From an uncultured Desulfatitalea sp. (GTDB lineage Bacteria > Desulfobacterota > Desulfobacteria > Desulfobacterales > Desulfosarcinaceae): a stretch of DNA of 64,000 bases. Position 1 is the first letter of the stretch, and each line of letters starts with the position of its first letter. Position numbers and translations under genes: made by a program. Shown here piece after piece: positions 9,045-19,474 of the stretch. The stretch is from positions 256,001-320,000 of the forward strand of contig CAXXMB010000002.1 in assembly GCA_963668675.2 (NCBI GenBank), read 5' to 3'. The notes under the pieces were generated by a model, which was not told the origin of the DNA, did not search any database, and worked only from the letters and a program-made list of their open reading frames with translations.

Positions 9045-10238
9045 ATATAGATTCTTTCTCCTAGCTTTGTCGCTGTCCACCCACAGGGACTGCTCACCTG
9101 CAAGACTTCCGATCAGGTCATCCGGCTCCGCATTCGCCACCAGAAAATCGGCCCGGCAGCCCGGGAGCAATTCACCGCGCCCAACCAGGCGTAAAAGGCG
9201 AGCCACGTTGCGGGTGGCGCACTGAACCGCCTGTTCCACGCTCATCCCGGCAAACAAAAACAATGACAACTCCTTTTGAACGGCGGCACCGTGATCGACT
9301 CCCTGCCCTCCTGCATCCGTTCCCAGGGCGATAACCACCCCCATCTCCAACGCTTTTCGGATCTGGTTCAATTGGTGATCCACGGTACGACGGGCCACAT
9401 CTTTCTGAGTGCCGGTGAGATTCTCCGCCTCGCCCAACACCGCCATCGGCACAACGGTCGGCACCCAGCTGACCGCCCGGTCGGCCATGCGTCGCAAATT
9501 GTCTTCGCCCATGAAGTAGCCGTGTTCGATGGAGTCGCAGCCTGCTTCTATGGCCAGGCGAACCGGCTCCTCGCCATTGGCATGCACCATCACCGGCCGG
9601 TCGGCCAGATGGGCAAGTGAAACCATCGCACACAATGCGTCACTGGAGAACTGAGCAGGACCGGCGTGGCCGAAACGATCGATGCTGTTCAATCCAGATT
9701 GGATCACTTTGAGGTGGTCGATCACTTCCATTTGAGTGGCGAGCATTTCCTCTGCCGTTTCAGGCGAAAGTGCTCTGCCCAGCATGCTACCGTAGCGCCC
9801 CTCGGCATGCCAAGCGCGGCCACAGGCCTTGACAAGGGTAGCAGCATTCGGAGGCTGTGCTTTGCACCTTTTGTACCTCAGGGCCGCGCCCAGGCTGTCC
9901 CCGCCATCCCTGACGGCAACGACACCGTGGCGCCACTGATCCGCCAGGTGCCGGCGAACGGCTTCGGCAGCCTCCTCCGGTGTCTGCTTGAGCTGAGCGG
10001 TCCTGATGCGGCTATCCATTGACCCCGAAAAGGCCAGGTGAACATGGGCATCCATGAGTGCCGGTATGATGGTGGCGTGGGAAAGATCTTCGCAGGAGGT
10101 GTCCGGAGGCAGCGTCGAGCCGACCTGCGCGATGACATCGCCCTCAATTGCGATGAAGGTGTTCCTTGCCGCCGGCGCGCCGCTGCCGTCGATGAGCCAA
10201 CCGGCCCGTATCCATTGGGTCTGGTGCTCAATCGCCAT
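9039..10238 (-). CDS. Amidohydrolase family protein (imidazolonepropionase/prolidase-like)
   Basis: DAHVH, VHANG, SIEHG, GTDAG, G.RAD motifs; ATG at 10238 overlaps the cinA stop (TAATG). Confidence 0.85.
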   Translation of the reverse strand: MAIEHQTQWIRAGWLIDGSGAPAARNTFIAIEGDVIAQVGSTLPPDTSCEDLSHATIIPALMDAHVHLAFSGSMDSRIRTAQLKQTPEEAAEAVRRHLADQWRHGVVAVRDGGDSLGAALRYKRCKAQPPNAATLVKACGRAWHAEGRYGSMLGRALSPETAEEMLATQMEVIDHLKVIQSGLNSIDRFGHAGPAQFSSDALCAMVSLAHLADRPVMVHANGEEPVRLAIEAGCDSIEHGYFMGEDNLRRMADRAVSWVPTVVPMAVLGEAENLTGTQKDVARRTVDHQLNQIRKALEMGVVIALGTDAGGQGVDHGAAVQKELSLFLFAGMSVEQAVQCATRNVARLLRLVGRGELLPGCRADFLVANAEPDDLIGSLAGEQSLWVDSDKARRKNLYY

Positions 10239-11494
10239 TATTTCAAAGTGCCGTTTAGGTGGCGTCTCAGCAGGTCCAGCGCCAGCATGGCAAAGAGTCT
10301 CTTGTTCATCAGCCGACGCCCGAAAGAGAGCGTCAGTTTGCGGCTCAAGGTCTCCTCCGGCGTGGACAGGCCGATGCAGATCGTCCCCACCGGCTTCTCT
10401 TCTGTTCCGCCATCCGGACCGGCAATACCGGTGGTGGCCAGGCCGTAGGTGGCGCCGGCTGCGCTGCGGGCGCCATCGGCCATCTGGCGTGCGGTCTCTT
10501 CGGCCACAGCTCCACAGCGGGTCAGGGTCTCCTCCTGAACCCCCAGCACCTTCATTTTGGCATTGTTGGCATATGTGACGGCCGAAAAGAGAAAGAATCC
10601 GGAAGAGCCGGGCGTGTTGGTGACCCAATTGGCCACAAGTCCGCCCGTACAGCTCTCTGCCAGGGCCAGGGTAGCGCCGCGCTCCACGAGCAATGCCCCC
10701 ACTTCGGCGGCCATGGTGCGCTCCTCGTATGAGAAGACATAGGGCTGCAACTGCCCCCCCACCCATTGCTCCGCCTTTGCCAGACGCTGCCGCCCCTGCG
10801 TTTCATCCGTTGCGTTCAGATAGAGCTTGACCTGGATCTCCGGAAACTTGGCTCTCAATCCGAGTTTAATGTCCGGGAAGTGCTCTGTAAGAGCAGCCAC
10901 CTTTTCCCCCACGGCACTCTCGGGTAGGCCGAAAGTGGACACGACCCGCACCAGTCGAAACTGTCGCCCTTTGCCCTGCGCGTCCTGCAAAGGCGGCAGC
11001 ACCTGTTCCTCAAACATGGTGCGCATCTCGTTGGGCACACCCGGCATGAAGGAAAAAGCGCAACCGCCTATCTTGACTTGGAAACCGGGTGCTGTCCCCA
11101 TGCGGTTGTATAGAACAGAAGCCCCTTCAGGAAAGAGGGCCTGCTTTCGGTTGGACGGATTCATGGGGCGCCCGCGGCGTTGAAAAAACGCTTCGATCTC
11201 CTCCAGGGCCCGCTGATCCTCAACCAGGTCGACCACGGCTGCCTGTGCAGCGGCAGCTGAACTCAAATCGTCCTGGGTCGGCCCCAATCCTCCGGTGACC
11301 ATTGCGATATCCGCCCTCCGCCCAATCTCTGTAAACAGATTGACCAGCACTTCCATATCGTCGCCAACCGCATGGTGACGAACGACCTCGATGCCGTTGA
11401 GCTCCAACAGATCTGCCAGATAGGCCGAGTTGCTGTCCACCAACGCGCCGGTGCGGATCTCATCCCCAGTGGCCACTATTTCAGCCCGGATCAT
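10238..11494 (-). CDS. cinA: Competence/damage-inducible protein A (MoCF-like + PncC NMN deamidase)
   Basis: TGDE, TGGLGPT.DD, AESCTGG, TGIAGPDGG. Confidence 0.93.
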   Translation of the reverse strand: MIRAEIVATGDEIRTGALVDSNSAYLADLLELNGIEVVRHHAVGDDMEVLVNLFTEIGRRADIAMVTGGLGPTQDDLSSAAAAQAAVVDLVEDQRALEEIEAFFQRRGRPMNPSNRKQALFPEGASVLYNRMGTAPGFQVKIGGCAFSFMPGVPNEMRTMFEEQVLPPLQDAQGKGRQFRLVRVVSTFGLPESAVGEKVAALTEHFPDIKLGLRAKFPEIQVKLYLNATDETQGRQRLAKAEQWVGGQLQPYVFSYEERTMAAEVGALLVERGATLALAESCTGGLVANWVTNTPGSSGFFLFSAVTYANNAKMKVLGVQEETLTRCGAVAEETARQMADGARSAAGATYGLATTGIAGPDGGTEEKPVGTICIGLSTPEETLSRKLTLSFGRRLMNKRLFAMLALDLLRRHLNGTLK

Positions 11495-11549
11495 CGCATT
11501 CCTCCATCTGTCGCATTATTGAGAAGGCAAGAGCCAATTGAAGTACTTC

Positions 11550-11579
11550 AAAAAAAAAGCGGACCGATAAACGGTCCGC
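11550..11579 (-). terminator. Rho-independent terminator after the tRNA pair
   Basis: Minus strand gcggaccg-tttat-cggtccgc followed by T9. Confidence 0.85.
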
Positions 11580-11594
11580 AATTATTTGAAAAAT

Positions 11595-11669
<75 letters not shown>

Positions 11670-11678
11670 AAAAAAAAA

Positions 11679-11753
11679 TGGAGCGGGAAACGGGATTTGA
11701 ACCCGCGACTTCGACCTTGGCAAGGTCGCACTCTACCACTGAGTTATTCCCGC
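11679..11753 (-). tRNA. tRNA-Gly(GCC)
   Basis: GCGGGAATAACTCAGTGGTAGAG...TTGCCAA...GGTTCAAATCCCGTTTCCCGCTCCA. Confidence 0.96.
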
Positions 11754-11769
11754 TCAGTATGAAAAGGGG

Positions 11770-11798
11770 TAAATAGCGATCTATTAACATTTTGTCAA
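11770..11798 (-). promoter_or_regulatory. Sigma70 promoter of the tRNA pair
   Basis: TTGACA-17 nt-TATTTA on minus strand. Confidence 0.55.
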
Positions 11799-11805
11799 TA
11801 GAAAA

Positions 11806-12372
11806 TTAGGTCTGTAACAGCCTGCGATAACGCACAAAGTAATCAACCCCCGACCACACCGTGAAGATTGCCGCACCCCAAAGAAAAAACATTCCGATGC
11901 TGTGCAGATCAATCCCAAAATAGGGGTAGTGAAACAGCAAGGGAATGGCGGCGGCGATCTGGAATCCTGTCTTGTATTTGCCTAAGTTGGAGGCCGACAC
12001 ATCCTGCTGACTCTGGGCGATAAGGTTTCTCAGGCCTGTTACGGCAATCTCCCTGCCGATGATGATGCAGACCACCCAGGCCGGCACCCACCCCAGCGAC
12101 GTCAGCATGATAAAGGCGGAGGAAACCAGCAGTTTGTCCGCTACCGGGTCCATCACTTTGCCCAGATTGGTGACCATGTCTTTCTGGCGCGCCAGGAGAC
12201 CGTCGAAATAGTCGGTGATCGCCGCTACGCTGAAGAGCAGTGCCGCCAGGAAACAGGTGAGCCGGTTTGGGATCAACAACAGCACGACCACCAGCGGCAC
12301 CGCCAGAATTCGAAAAAGGGTCAGCGCATTAGGATTGCCTAACAGCTGTTTGAATTGCGCCTGGGGTCGCAT
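11806..12372 (-). CDS. pgsA: CDP-diacylglycerol--glycerol-3-phosphate 3-phosphatidyltransferase
   Basis: PNALT..R, TDYFDG..AR, G..MDPVADK; pgsA-tRNA-Gly-tRNA-Cys order. Confidence 0.95.
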   Translation of the reverse strand: MRPQAQFKQLLGNPNALTLFRILAVPLVVVLLLIPNRLTCFLAALLFSVAAITDYFDGLLARQKDMVTNLGKVMDPVADKLLVSSAFIMLTSLGWVPAWVVCIIIGREIAVTGLRNLIAQSQQDVSASNLGKYKTGFQIAAAIPLLFHYPYFGIDLHSIGMFFLWGAAIFTVWSGVDYFVRYRRLLQT

Positions 12373-12414
12373 GGAGGTCCCTCTTTGTCGACACGTTGGG
12401 GGCTCTTGGTGGCC

Positions 12415-13059
12415 CTATTTTTTGGCTTTGTTCCAGTCGTCCAGAAAAGCCTTGATCCCTTTATCGGTCAGTGGATGTGATGCCAGCTTGCTCAACACAT
12501 TAAAAGGGATGGTGGCAATATCCGCACCGAGCAGGGCGGTTTCGAGGACATGCAGGGGATTGCGCACGCTGGCAACGATGATTTCCGTCTCGTATGCATA
12601 GTTGGCAAAAATCTCCACCAACTGTTCGATCAAGAGCATCCCCTCCTGGGAGAGATCGTCGAGTCTTCCCACGAAAGGACTGACATAGGTGGCGCCGGCT
12701 TTGGCCGCCATCAGGGCCTGCAGGGGTGAAAAGACCAAGGTCACGTTGGTTTTGATGCCCTCGGCCGTGAGGGTTCGAACCGCCTTGAGTCCGTCGGTGG
12801 TCATGGGAATTTTAACCACGATGTTCTGATGGATCTTAGCCAGTTCCCTGGCCTCCTTGACCATGCCGTCAGTCTCCAGGCTGATCACCTCAGCACTGAT
12901 CGGTCCGTCCACGATGCTGCAAATTTCGGTGATAATCTCTTTAAAATCCCCGCCCTCCTTGGCGATCAGGCTGGGATTGGTGGTGACACCATCCACCATG
13001 CCCATGGCATTGGCTTCTTTGATCTCTTCTATATTGGCGGTATCGATGAAAAATTTCAT
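12415..13059 (-). CDS. fsa: Transaldolase / fructose-6-phosphate aldolase family
   Basis: [34 protein letters not shown]. Confidence 0.9.
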   Translation of the reverse strand: MKFFIDTANIEEIKEANAMGMVDGVTTNPSLIAKEGGDFKEIITEICSIVDGPISAEVISLETDGMVKEARELAKIHQNIVVKIPMTTDGLKAVRTLTAEGIKTNVTLVFSPLQALMAAKAGATYVSPFVGRLDDLSQEGMLLIEQLVEIFANYAYETEIIVASVRNPLHVLETALLGADIATIPFNVLSKLASHPLTDKGIKAFLDDWNKAKK

Positions 13060-13108
13060 GCGTGGTTCCCTCCCTGGAAAGAATCATTTGCGTTCAGCCG
13101 TTCACTAT

Positions 13109-13387
13109 TCAAGAGGATTTTTCAGTGGCATCCTTATCAGCCAGAAATTGCTGTTTGCAGCTTTCGCTGCAGAAGTGAAGCGTCTCACCGTCGCTATTGA
13201 GCGTCACGGCGTCGCGACGGATGAGATAGACACCGCACTGCGGATCTTGAACCAAAGCGTCATCTGCGCGCTGGAGATTACGGTCGGCCCCGCTCACCTG
13301 CCGCTTGCCTCCCCCGCCGAACCATGTTTTGGCGGCGCGGTAGACCAGGACGCCGATTACAAGATAGATGAGCAGTCGAATGAGCAT
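13109..13387 (-). CDS. Small membrane-anchored YHS/TRASH-domain protein
   Basis: N-terminal TM; DPQCGVY...HFCSESCK. Confidence 0.8.
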   Translation of the reverse strand: MLIRLLIYLVIGVLVYRAAKTWFGGGGKRQVSGADRNLQRADDALVQDPQCGVYLIRRDAVTLNSDGETLHFCSESCKQQFLADKDATEKSS

Positions 13388-13893
13388 AGCCTGATCTGTT
13401 GATCACCTTCACGCAGCTGATTTAAAAGCGCTTTTACTTCCTTCCCCAACGTCGGATGCACAACAGTCGGGTCTATATCACAAATAGGTTGCAAGACAAA
13501 GCGCCTTTTGTGCATGCGCGCATGGGGAAGGACCAGTCGATCACTGCTCATAACACAATCCTGGTAGAGGACCAGATCCAGGTCCAGGGTACGGGGTCCG
13601 AAACGAATCCCCCCCTCCTTGCGGCCCATTTTAGACTGAATCGCCTGCATCCTGTCCAATAGATCGAGGGGCGCCAGGGGGGTTAAGATTTTGATGGCTG
13701 TATTGAGAAACCAATCCTGTTGCGTGTAGTCCACCGGTTCAGTTTCATAAAAGGGGGCGCGTCGCGCCAACTGCACCAGGCCATCCGAGCAGAGCGCCTC
13801 GATGCCCTGGCAGCAGTTTCTCAACCGGTCGCCCAGATTGGCGCCGATTGATATAAAGGCCCAATGCAGGATCGTCTGTCCAGGTGCCGCCAC
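13357..13893 (-). CDS. folK: 2-amino-4-hydroxy-6-hydroxymethyldihydropteridine pyrophosphokinase
   Basis: IGANLGDR, YETEP, FLN, GPRTLDLD, LPH.RMH.RRFVL.P. Confidence 0.95.
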   Translation of the reverse strand: MAAPGQTILHWAFISIGANLGDRLRNCCQGIEALCSDGLVQLARRAPFYETEPVDYTQQDWFLNTAIKILTPLAPLDLLDRMQAIQSKMGRKEGGIRFGPRTLDLDLVLYQDCVMSSDRLVLPHARMHKRRFVLQPICDIDPTVVHPTLGKEVKALLNQLREGDQQIRLCSFDCSSIL

Positions 13894-13895
13894 GT

Positions 13896-14786
13896 TCAGT
13901 CGGCCTGGGGAGAGGATGGCGGCGAGTCCGGTTGACCGAGTTCAAATTGCCAGGCCTCGGGGTCCATCTCGGCCCGGTAGACCACACGGGCATCGCCTTC
14001 GAGATAGACGTCGGTGTATCTGTCCCCCACTTTTTTGAAATAGATCGTCAAATCACTCCCGCTGAGCGTTTTCAGCGTCATGGGCGATGGGAACTGATAC
14101 CGCTCGGCCAGCACCAGGGCCGCCGCCACATTGCCGGTGCCGCAGGCCAGGGTCTCCCCCTCCACACCACGTTCGTAGGTCCGGATGGCCCACATCGTGT
14201 CGTTGAGGGGGGCGATGAAATTGACGTTGGTCCCTTCGGGCGCGAACTGATCATGAAAGCGGATTTCGCGCCCCACCCCTTTCACGTTGGCACTGGGCAG
14301 ATCTTTGACCTCCATCACCACATGGGGGACGCCGGTGTTAACGCGGCTGATCGGCACCGGATAGTTGGCCAGCACGATCCCATCGTTCATCACCAGATCC
14401 TTGGGGTCGGACATCTTGATCTTCACCATGTCGCCCCGAACATGCGCCTCAATGACACCCACATCGGTTTCAAAGGAGAGATCTGCCGGTGCAATGCCGT
14501 TGAGCACGGCAAACCGTGCCACGCACCGGGCGCCGTTGCCGCACATCTCGGCGACGCTGCCGTCCGAATTGAAAAAGCGCCACCGGAAATCTACCGACTC
14601 GGAGCGTTCGATCAAAATCAGCCCGTCGGCGCCGATGGACATGCGCCGCAAACAGACCTTGGCGATAAATTGGGGAAGCTGCTCGTCGGCCACAACCCCT
14701 TCCCGGTTATCGATAATAACGAAGTCATTGCCGCTGCCGCTCATTTTGTAAAAAGCGATGGGTTTCGTAGATTCCCTGGATTCCAT
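13896..14786 (-). CDS. dapF: Diaminopimelate epimerase
   Basis: GSGNDF, EMCGNG.RC, GVPH, ERGVE.ETLACGTG. Confidence 0.96.
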   Translation of the reverse strand: MESRESTKPIAFYKMSGSGNDFVIIDNREGVVADEQLPQFIAKVCLRRMSIGADGLILIERSESVDFRWRFFNSDGSVAEMCGNGARCVARFAVLNGIAPADLSFETDVGVIEAHVRGDMVKIKMSDPKDLVMNDGIVLANYPVPISRVNTGVPHVVMEVKDLPSANVKGVGREIRFHDQFAPEGTNVNFIAPLNDTMWAIRTYERGVEGETLACGTGNVAAALVLAERYQFPSPMTLKTLSGSDLTIYFKKVGDRYTDVYLEGDARVVYRAEMDPEAWQFELGQPDSPPSSPQAD

Positions 14787-14850
14787 TGGTCAACATACCT
14801 TTTTTAACGTGTTCGTTGTTCGCCCACGCACCTGCTGTCGGCACCCGGCG

Positions 14851-16122
14851 CTATGTTTCATCGGCTCCCCGCATCCAGGTCGGCACCTGCTCACCGCGCA
14901 CCAGGTCATCGAGTTTCTCTCTCTCTCGAATGGTGTCGAAACGATCTCCTCGCACGAGCACCTCGGCGGCACGCAGCCGCGAACAGTAGTTTGAGGCCAT
15001 CACAAAGCTGTAGGCCCCGGCACTCATAACCGCCAGCAGTTCGTCCGGCCGCACATCGGCGATGGACCGCTCCTGGGCCAAAAAGTCGCCACTTTCGCAG
15101 ATGGGGCCCACCACATCGGCGGTGATGATGGCCCGATCATGCTGTTCGACCGGCTCGATGGCGTGATAGGCGCCATAGAGTGTGGGACGGATCAGGTCGT
15201 TCATGCCGGCGTCCGTCACCAAAAATGTTTTGGCGCTGCCCTGCTTGCGATAGAGCACGCGGGTCACCAGGATACCGGCATTGCCGACAATCACCCGCCC
15301 CGGTTCCAGAATCAGCTTCAACTTCAAATCTTTAATGGAATCGATCAACCCGTCGGCGTAGGCGCCAAGATCAGGCGGGGTCTCTTCATGATAGGTGATG
15401 CCCACCCCGCCCCCCATGTCGAGATACCGGATGGATATGCCGAGGTTGCTCAGTTCGGCAATGAGTTGCTTCAGGCTGGCCAGGGCCTCCTGGAAAGGTT
15501 CGATGGTCGTAATCTGGGACCCGATGTGGCAGTCGATTCCCGCAATCTCGATATTGGTCATCTTCATCGCGGCCCGATAGCCGTCCAGGGCCTGGGCCAT
15601 ATCGATTCCAAACTTGTTTTTCTTCAGGCCGGTGGAGATGTAAGGGTGGGTTTTGGGGTCGACATCAGGGTTGATGCGTATCGCCACCCGCGCTTTGCGA
15701 CCCAGCGCGCCGGCACGTTGGTCGATCAGCGTCAACTCATCGATGGACTCGATGTTGAACATGAGAATATCGCACCCGATGGCGGCATCGATCTCATCGA
15801 TACGTTTGCCAACCCCCGAGTAGACGATTTTTTGGGGCGAAAAACCGGCACGGACACCCCGGTCCAGTTCGCCGCCTGAGACGATATCGAGCCCACCGCC
15901 CCATTGGCGAAAAAGGGTCAGGAGCGCTTGGCTGCTGTTGGCCTTGGCAGAGTAACAGATCAGGGGATCAGCAGCCTGGAAAGCGCTTTGAAAGGCCTTG
16001 AAATGGCGTTCCAGGGTGGCATGGCTGTAAAGGTAAAAGGGGGTGCCGATCTCTTGGGCGATCCGGGTGATCGGCACGGCTTCGCAGTGAAGGGTGCGGT
16101 CATGGTATTTGAAATGATGCAT
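14851..16122 (-). CDS. lysA: Diaminopimelate decarboxylase
   Basis: YSAKAN, HIGSQI, EPGR, GPICESGD. Confidence 0.96.
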   Translation of the reverse strand: MHHFKYHDRTLHCEAVPITRIAQEIGTPFYLYSHATLERHFKAFQSAFQAADPLICYSAKANSSQALLTLFRQWGGGLDIVSGGELDRGVRAGFSPQKIVYSGVGKRIDEIDAAIGCDILMFNIESIDELTLIDQRAGALGRKARVAIRINPDVDPKTHPYISTGLKKNKFGIDMAQALDGYRAAMKMTNIEIAGIDCHIGSQITTIEPFQEALASLKQLIAELSNLGISIRYLDMGGGVGITYHEETPPDLGAYADGLIDSIKDLKLKLILEPGRVIVGNAGILVTRVLYRKQGSAKTFLVTDAGMNDLIRPTLYGAYHAIEPVEQHDRAIITADVVGPICESGDFLAQERSIADVRPDELLAVMSAGAYSFVMASNYCSRLRAAEVLVRGDRFDTIREREKLDDLVRGEQVPTWMRGADET

Positions 16123-16128
16123 CGGGTG

Positions 16129-16584
16129 TCACTCTTCTACCTTTTCCGGCGGCAGCACGATCCGATTCGACGCGGCTCCACGGTCGCCGGACGATCCAAT
16201 GGGGATGACCTTGTAACTATACACTTGACCGACCTGTACAAGATCGTTGAACTCTATCTCTTCGACATCGGGTTCGACCACGAGGGTGCCCACCTCCCTG
16301 AAGATGAGCGGGCAGCCGTCACACGGCGGCTGGTCGGCCGCCCACTGGGCTCTCAGCACGGCGTACCTGGATATGCCCTGTCCCTGTCCCCCCTGCCGCC
16401 ATGTCAGACGTACCCGGTTTCCCTCCATCCACCCCTTAAGCGCCGTTGGCTGGGGGAGCGGTGGCCGTTTTGGGGGGACCGGGGGTGCCTTTTTTCCGCA
16501 TGACCATGGTCCAATCATGAGCAGGCAGGCAACGACCATCGCCCAACAGATGCTATTTCTGCGCTTGATCGGGAAGTATCTCAT
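16129..16584 (-). CDS. Lipoprotein (CGKK..P.PP leader, fibronectin III-like)
   Basis: Signal peptide + SCGKKAPPVPP; CDGCP; located between argH and lysA. Confidence 0.75.
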   Translation of the reverse strand: MRYFPIKRRNSICWAMVVACLLMIGPWSCGKKAPPVPPKRPPLPQPTALKGWMEGNRVRLTWRQGGQGQGISRYAVLRAQWAADQPPCDGCPLIFREVGTLVVEPDVEEIEFNDLVQVGQVYSYKVIPIGSSGDRGAASNRIVLPPEKVEE

Positions 16585-16589
16585 TCGCG

Positions 16590-17996
16590 CTACTCTTTTC
16601 CGATAGGTGCCGTGCTGTTTTGGGCCAGCTCCTTTTGCGCACGCTCGATGGCGGCCCGCACATTATCCGCTGAAGTGCCGCCAATCGACGATCTTCTTGA
16701 GATCATGTGCTCCAGGGTCAGGTGGTCGAAAAGATCTTCTTCAATCTCTTTGGAAAATCCCTGCAGCTCATTTAAAGAGAGTTCATCCAGCTCTCTTCCT
16801 TTTTCGAGGGCAAAAGCAACTGCCTGGCCAACGATGCTGTGCGCCTTGCGAAAAGGGATCCCCCGGCCAACCAGGTAATCGGCCATGTCGGTGGCGTTTA
16901 AAAAACCGACCGAGGCTGCTGCACGCATCTGCTCCGCCTTGACCTTGATTGTGGGAATCATTTTGGCTGCGATATGCAGGCAACTTTCCAGGGTATCCAC
17001 GGCATCGAACAGGGGAGGTTTATCCTCCTGCATGTCGCGGTTATAGGCCAGGGGCAGGCTCTTCATCAGGGTCAGCTCGGCCATCAGGCTGCCAACGACG
17101 CGACCGGTCTTGCCTCGAATCAGCTCCGGGATGTCGGGATTCTTCTTTTGGGGCATGATGCTGCTGCCGGTGGAGAATGCGTCGGCGATTTCGATGAAAC
17201 CGAACTCGGCAGAGGACCAAAGCACCAGCTCTTCGGAGAGGCGGCTGAAGTGAACCATGCAGATAGCGGCCGCCGAAAGAAACTCAAGGATGAAGTCCCG
17301 GTCCGCCACGCTGTCCATGCTGTTGGCCGATACAGCTGGGAAACCGAGCAGTTCGGCTGTGTAATTCCGGTCGATGGGATAGGTGGTGCCGGCCAGGGCC
17401 GCTGCCCCCAGAGGCATCACATTGGTGCGCTTGAGGCTGTCTTCAAACCGCATGGCATCCCGTGAAAACATCTCGAAATAGGCCATCAGATGGTGGGCCA
17501 GCAATACGGGTTGGGCCCGCTGGAGATGGGTGTACCCGGGCATCACGGTCTGCACATGCTGCTCGGCCAGTTCAACCAGCCTCCGCCGCATGCCATAAAG
17601 CCCGGTAATGATTCGGGCAGTGGCCTCGCGCAGGAACATGCGGATATCCAGGGCCACCTGGTCGTTACGGCTGCGGGCCGTGTGCAGTTTCTGGGCGACC
17701 TTGCCTACCTCCTGCAGCAAGCGCGCCTCGATGTGCATGTGGATATCTTCCAGGCTGTCGTCGAAATCGAAATTGCCTTGATCCAGCTCACGTTTGATGC
17801 GCCACAGCCCCTCGACCAAGGTTTCCGATTCATCGGCCGTGATCACGCCCACTTTGGCCAGCATACGGCAGTGGGCCACACTGCCTTCGATGTCGTATGG
17901 GTAGAGCCTCCGATCAAACTGAATCGAAGAAGTAAATGCTTCCACACTGGTGTCGGTGCGCTCGGAAAAGCGGCCATCCCAGGGTTTGTCGCTCAT
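16590..17996 (-). CDS. argH: Argininosuccinate lyase
   Basis: HTARSRNDQ, GYTHLQ.AQP, GSSIMPQKKNPD. Confidence 0.97.
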   Translation of the reverse strand: MSDKPWDGRFSERTDTSVEAFTSSIQFDRRLYPYDIEGSVAHCRMLAKVGVITADESETLVEGLWRIKRELDQGNFDFDDSLEDIHMHIEARLLQEVGKVAQKLHTARSRNDQVALDIRMFLREATARIITGLYGMRRRLVELAEQHVQTVMPGYTHLQRAQPVLLAHHLMAYFEMFSRDAMRFEDSLKRTNVMPLGAAALAGTTYPIDRNYTAELLGFPAVSANSMDSVADRDFILEFLSAAAICMVHFSRLSEELVLWSSAEFGFIEIADAFSTGSSIMPQKKNPDIPELIRGKTGRVVGSLMAELTLMKSLPLAYNRDMQEDKPPLFDAVDTLESCLHIAAKMIPTIKVKAEQMRAAASVGFLNATDMADYLVGRGIPFRKAHSIVGQAVAFALEKGRELDELSLNELQGFSKEIEEDLFDHLTLEHMISRRSSIGGTSADNVRAAIERAQKELAQNSTAPIGKE

Positions 17997-18066
17997 GAGA
18001 ATTTCCTTCTCTCGCAGTGAACCTTCAACCTTCAGTCCCTAATCTCCGGCCTTCAGTCTCCTACTT

Positions 18067-19275
18067 TCAGTCTTTCCCCTGCATCAGTTTTTGTATCCTC
18101 AGCCGCAAGGCGTTAAGGCGGATAAACCCCTCGGCATCCTTCTGGCTGTATACCACATCATCTTCGAAGGTGGCGTGGGCCTCGCTGTAAAGAGACTGGT
18201 CCGATTTGCGACCCGTCACCGTGCAGTTGCCCTTGTAAAGATCGAGACGCACCACGCCGGATACATTGCGTTGGGTATCGTCGATCATGCCCTGCAGCAG
18301 TTCTCTTTCGGGGGCAAACCAGAAACCGTTGTAGATCAGTTCGGTATACTTGGGGATCAAGCTGTCGCGCAGGTGGTGCACCTCGCGATCCAGGGTGATC
18401 GACTCCATGGCCAGATGGGCTTTGCGCAATATGGTGCCGCCCGGCGTCTCATAGACACCCCGGGATTTCATGCCGACGAAACGGTTCTCCACGATGTCCA
18501 CCCGGCCAATGCCGTGTTTGCCGCCCAGACGGTTCAACTCCGCCAACATGGCGGCCGGTGACAATGCATTGCCATTGATGGCCACCGGAGTGCCTTGATC
18601 GAATGTGATCTCAATGGTCTCCGGCGTATCGGGCGCATCCTTGGGAGAGGCGGTCAGCTGAAAAATATCCTCCGGTGGCGCGGCCCACGGATCTTCCAGG
18701 ATGCCCCCCTCATAGCTGATGTGGAGCATGTTGCCGTCTGTGCTGTAAGGTTTTGCCCGTGTCGTGGGCACATGGATGCCGTGCTCCTTGGCAAACGCCA
18801 TCAATGCGGTTCGGGAATTGAGATCCCATTCACGCCAGGGCGCCACGATTTTGATATGGGGGTCGATGGACAGGTAGCTCAATTCGAAACGCACCTGGTC
18901 GTTGCCTTTGCCGGTTGCACCATGACTGACCGCATCGGCGCCCTCCAACTTGGCGATCTCCATCTGGCGTTTGGCAATCAGTGGCCGGGCGATGGAGGTG
19001 CCCAGCAGATACTCCCCTTCATAGATCGCATTGGCGCGAAACATGGGGAAGACATAGTCGCGCACGAAGGTCTCCTTGAGATCATCCACATAGGCTTTCA
19101 CCGCTCCGGTTTTGTATGCATTGGCCTCGACATGATCCATGGGCTCGTTCTGCCCCAGGTCTGCCGAAAAGGTAACGACTTCGCACTGGTAGGTCTCGAT
19201 GAGCCATTTAAGAATCACAGAAGTATCAAGTCCGCCCGAGTAGGCGAGAACTACTTTTTTAATTTTATCTGCCAC
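18067..19275 (-). CDS. argG: Argininosuccinate synthase
   Basis: [32 protein letters not shown]. Confidence 0.97.
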   Translation of the reverse strand: MADKIKKVVLAYSGGLDTSVILKWLIETYQCEVVTFSADLGQNEPMDHVEANAYKTGAVKAYVDDLKETFVRDYVFPMFRANAIYEGEYLLGTSIARPLIAKRQMEIAKLEGADAVSHGATGKGNDQVRFELSYLSIDPHIKIVAPWREWDLNSRTALMAFAKEHGIHVPTTRAKPYSTDGNMLHISYEGGILEDPWAAPPEDIFQLTASPKDAPDTPETIEITFDQGTPVAINGNALSPAAMLAELNRLGGKHGIGRVDIVENRFVGMKSRGVYETPGGTILRKAHLAMESITLDREVHHLRDSLIPKYTELIYNGFWFAPERELLQGMIDDTQRNVSGVVRLDLYKGNCTVTGRKSDQSLYSEAHATFEDDVVYSQKDAEGFIRLNALRLRIQKLMQGKD

Positions 19276-19297
19276 AGCTAAATTCTCCTTTGAATAA

Positions 19298-19436
19298 ATA
19301 GTATGAAAGTATAAAAGTGATAAAGTAAGAAAGTTGTTGTATCCTATCGAATTTGCAACTATTCAAAATGCTCTTCCCTTAGAGCTGAAAAGATGGCATC
19401 TCCTCTTTCTTACTTTTGTACTTTCCTACTTTCAAA
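19298..19436. repeat. Inverted arrays of imperfect 8-mer (AAAGT-NNN) repeats
   Basis: Left atagtatg-aaagtata-aaagtgat-aaagtaag-aaagt; right ctttctt-acttttgt-actttcct-actttcaa. Confidence 0.7.
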
Positions 19437-19474
19437 CCCACTCTATATCTACCTCGTTTCACGATCTCTAACGT

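Noticed and set aside
10239..10766. N-terminal extension of the 575-aa amidohydrolase ORF
   Set aside because: It overlaps cinA in another frame; the ATG at 10238 gives a normal-length, coupled gene
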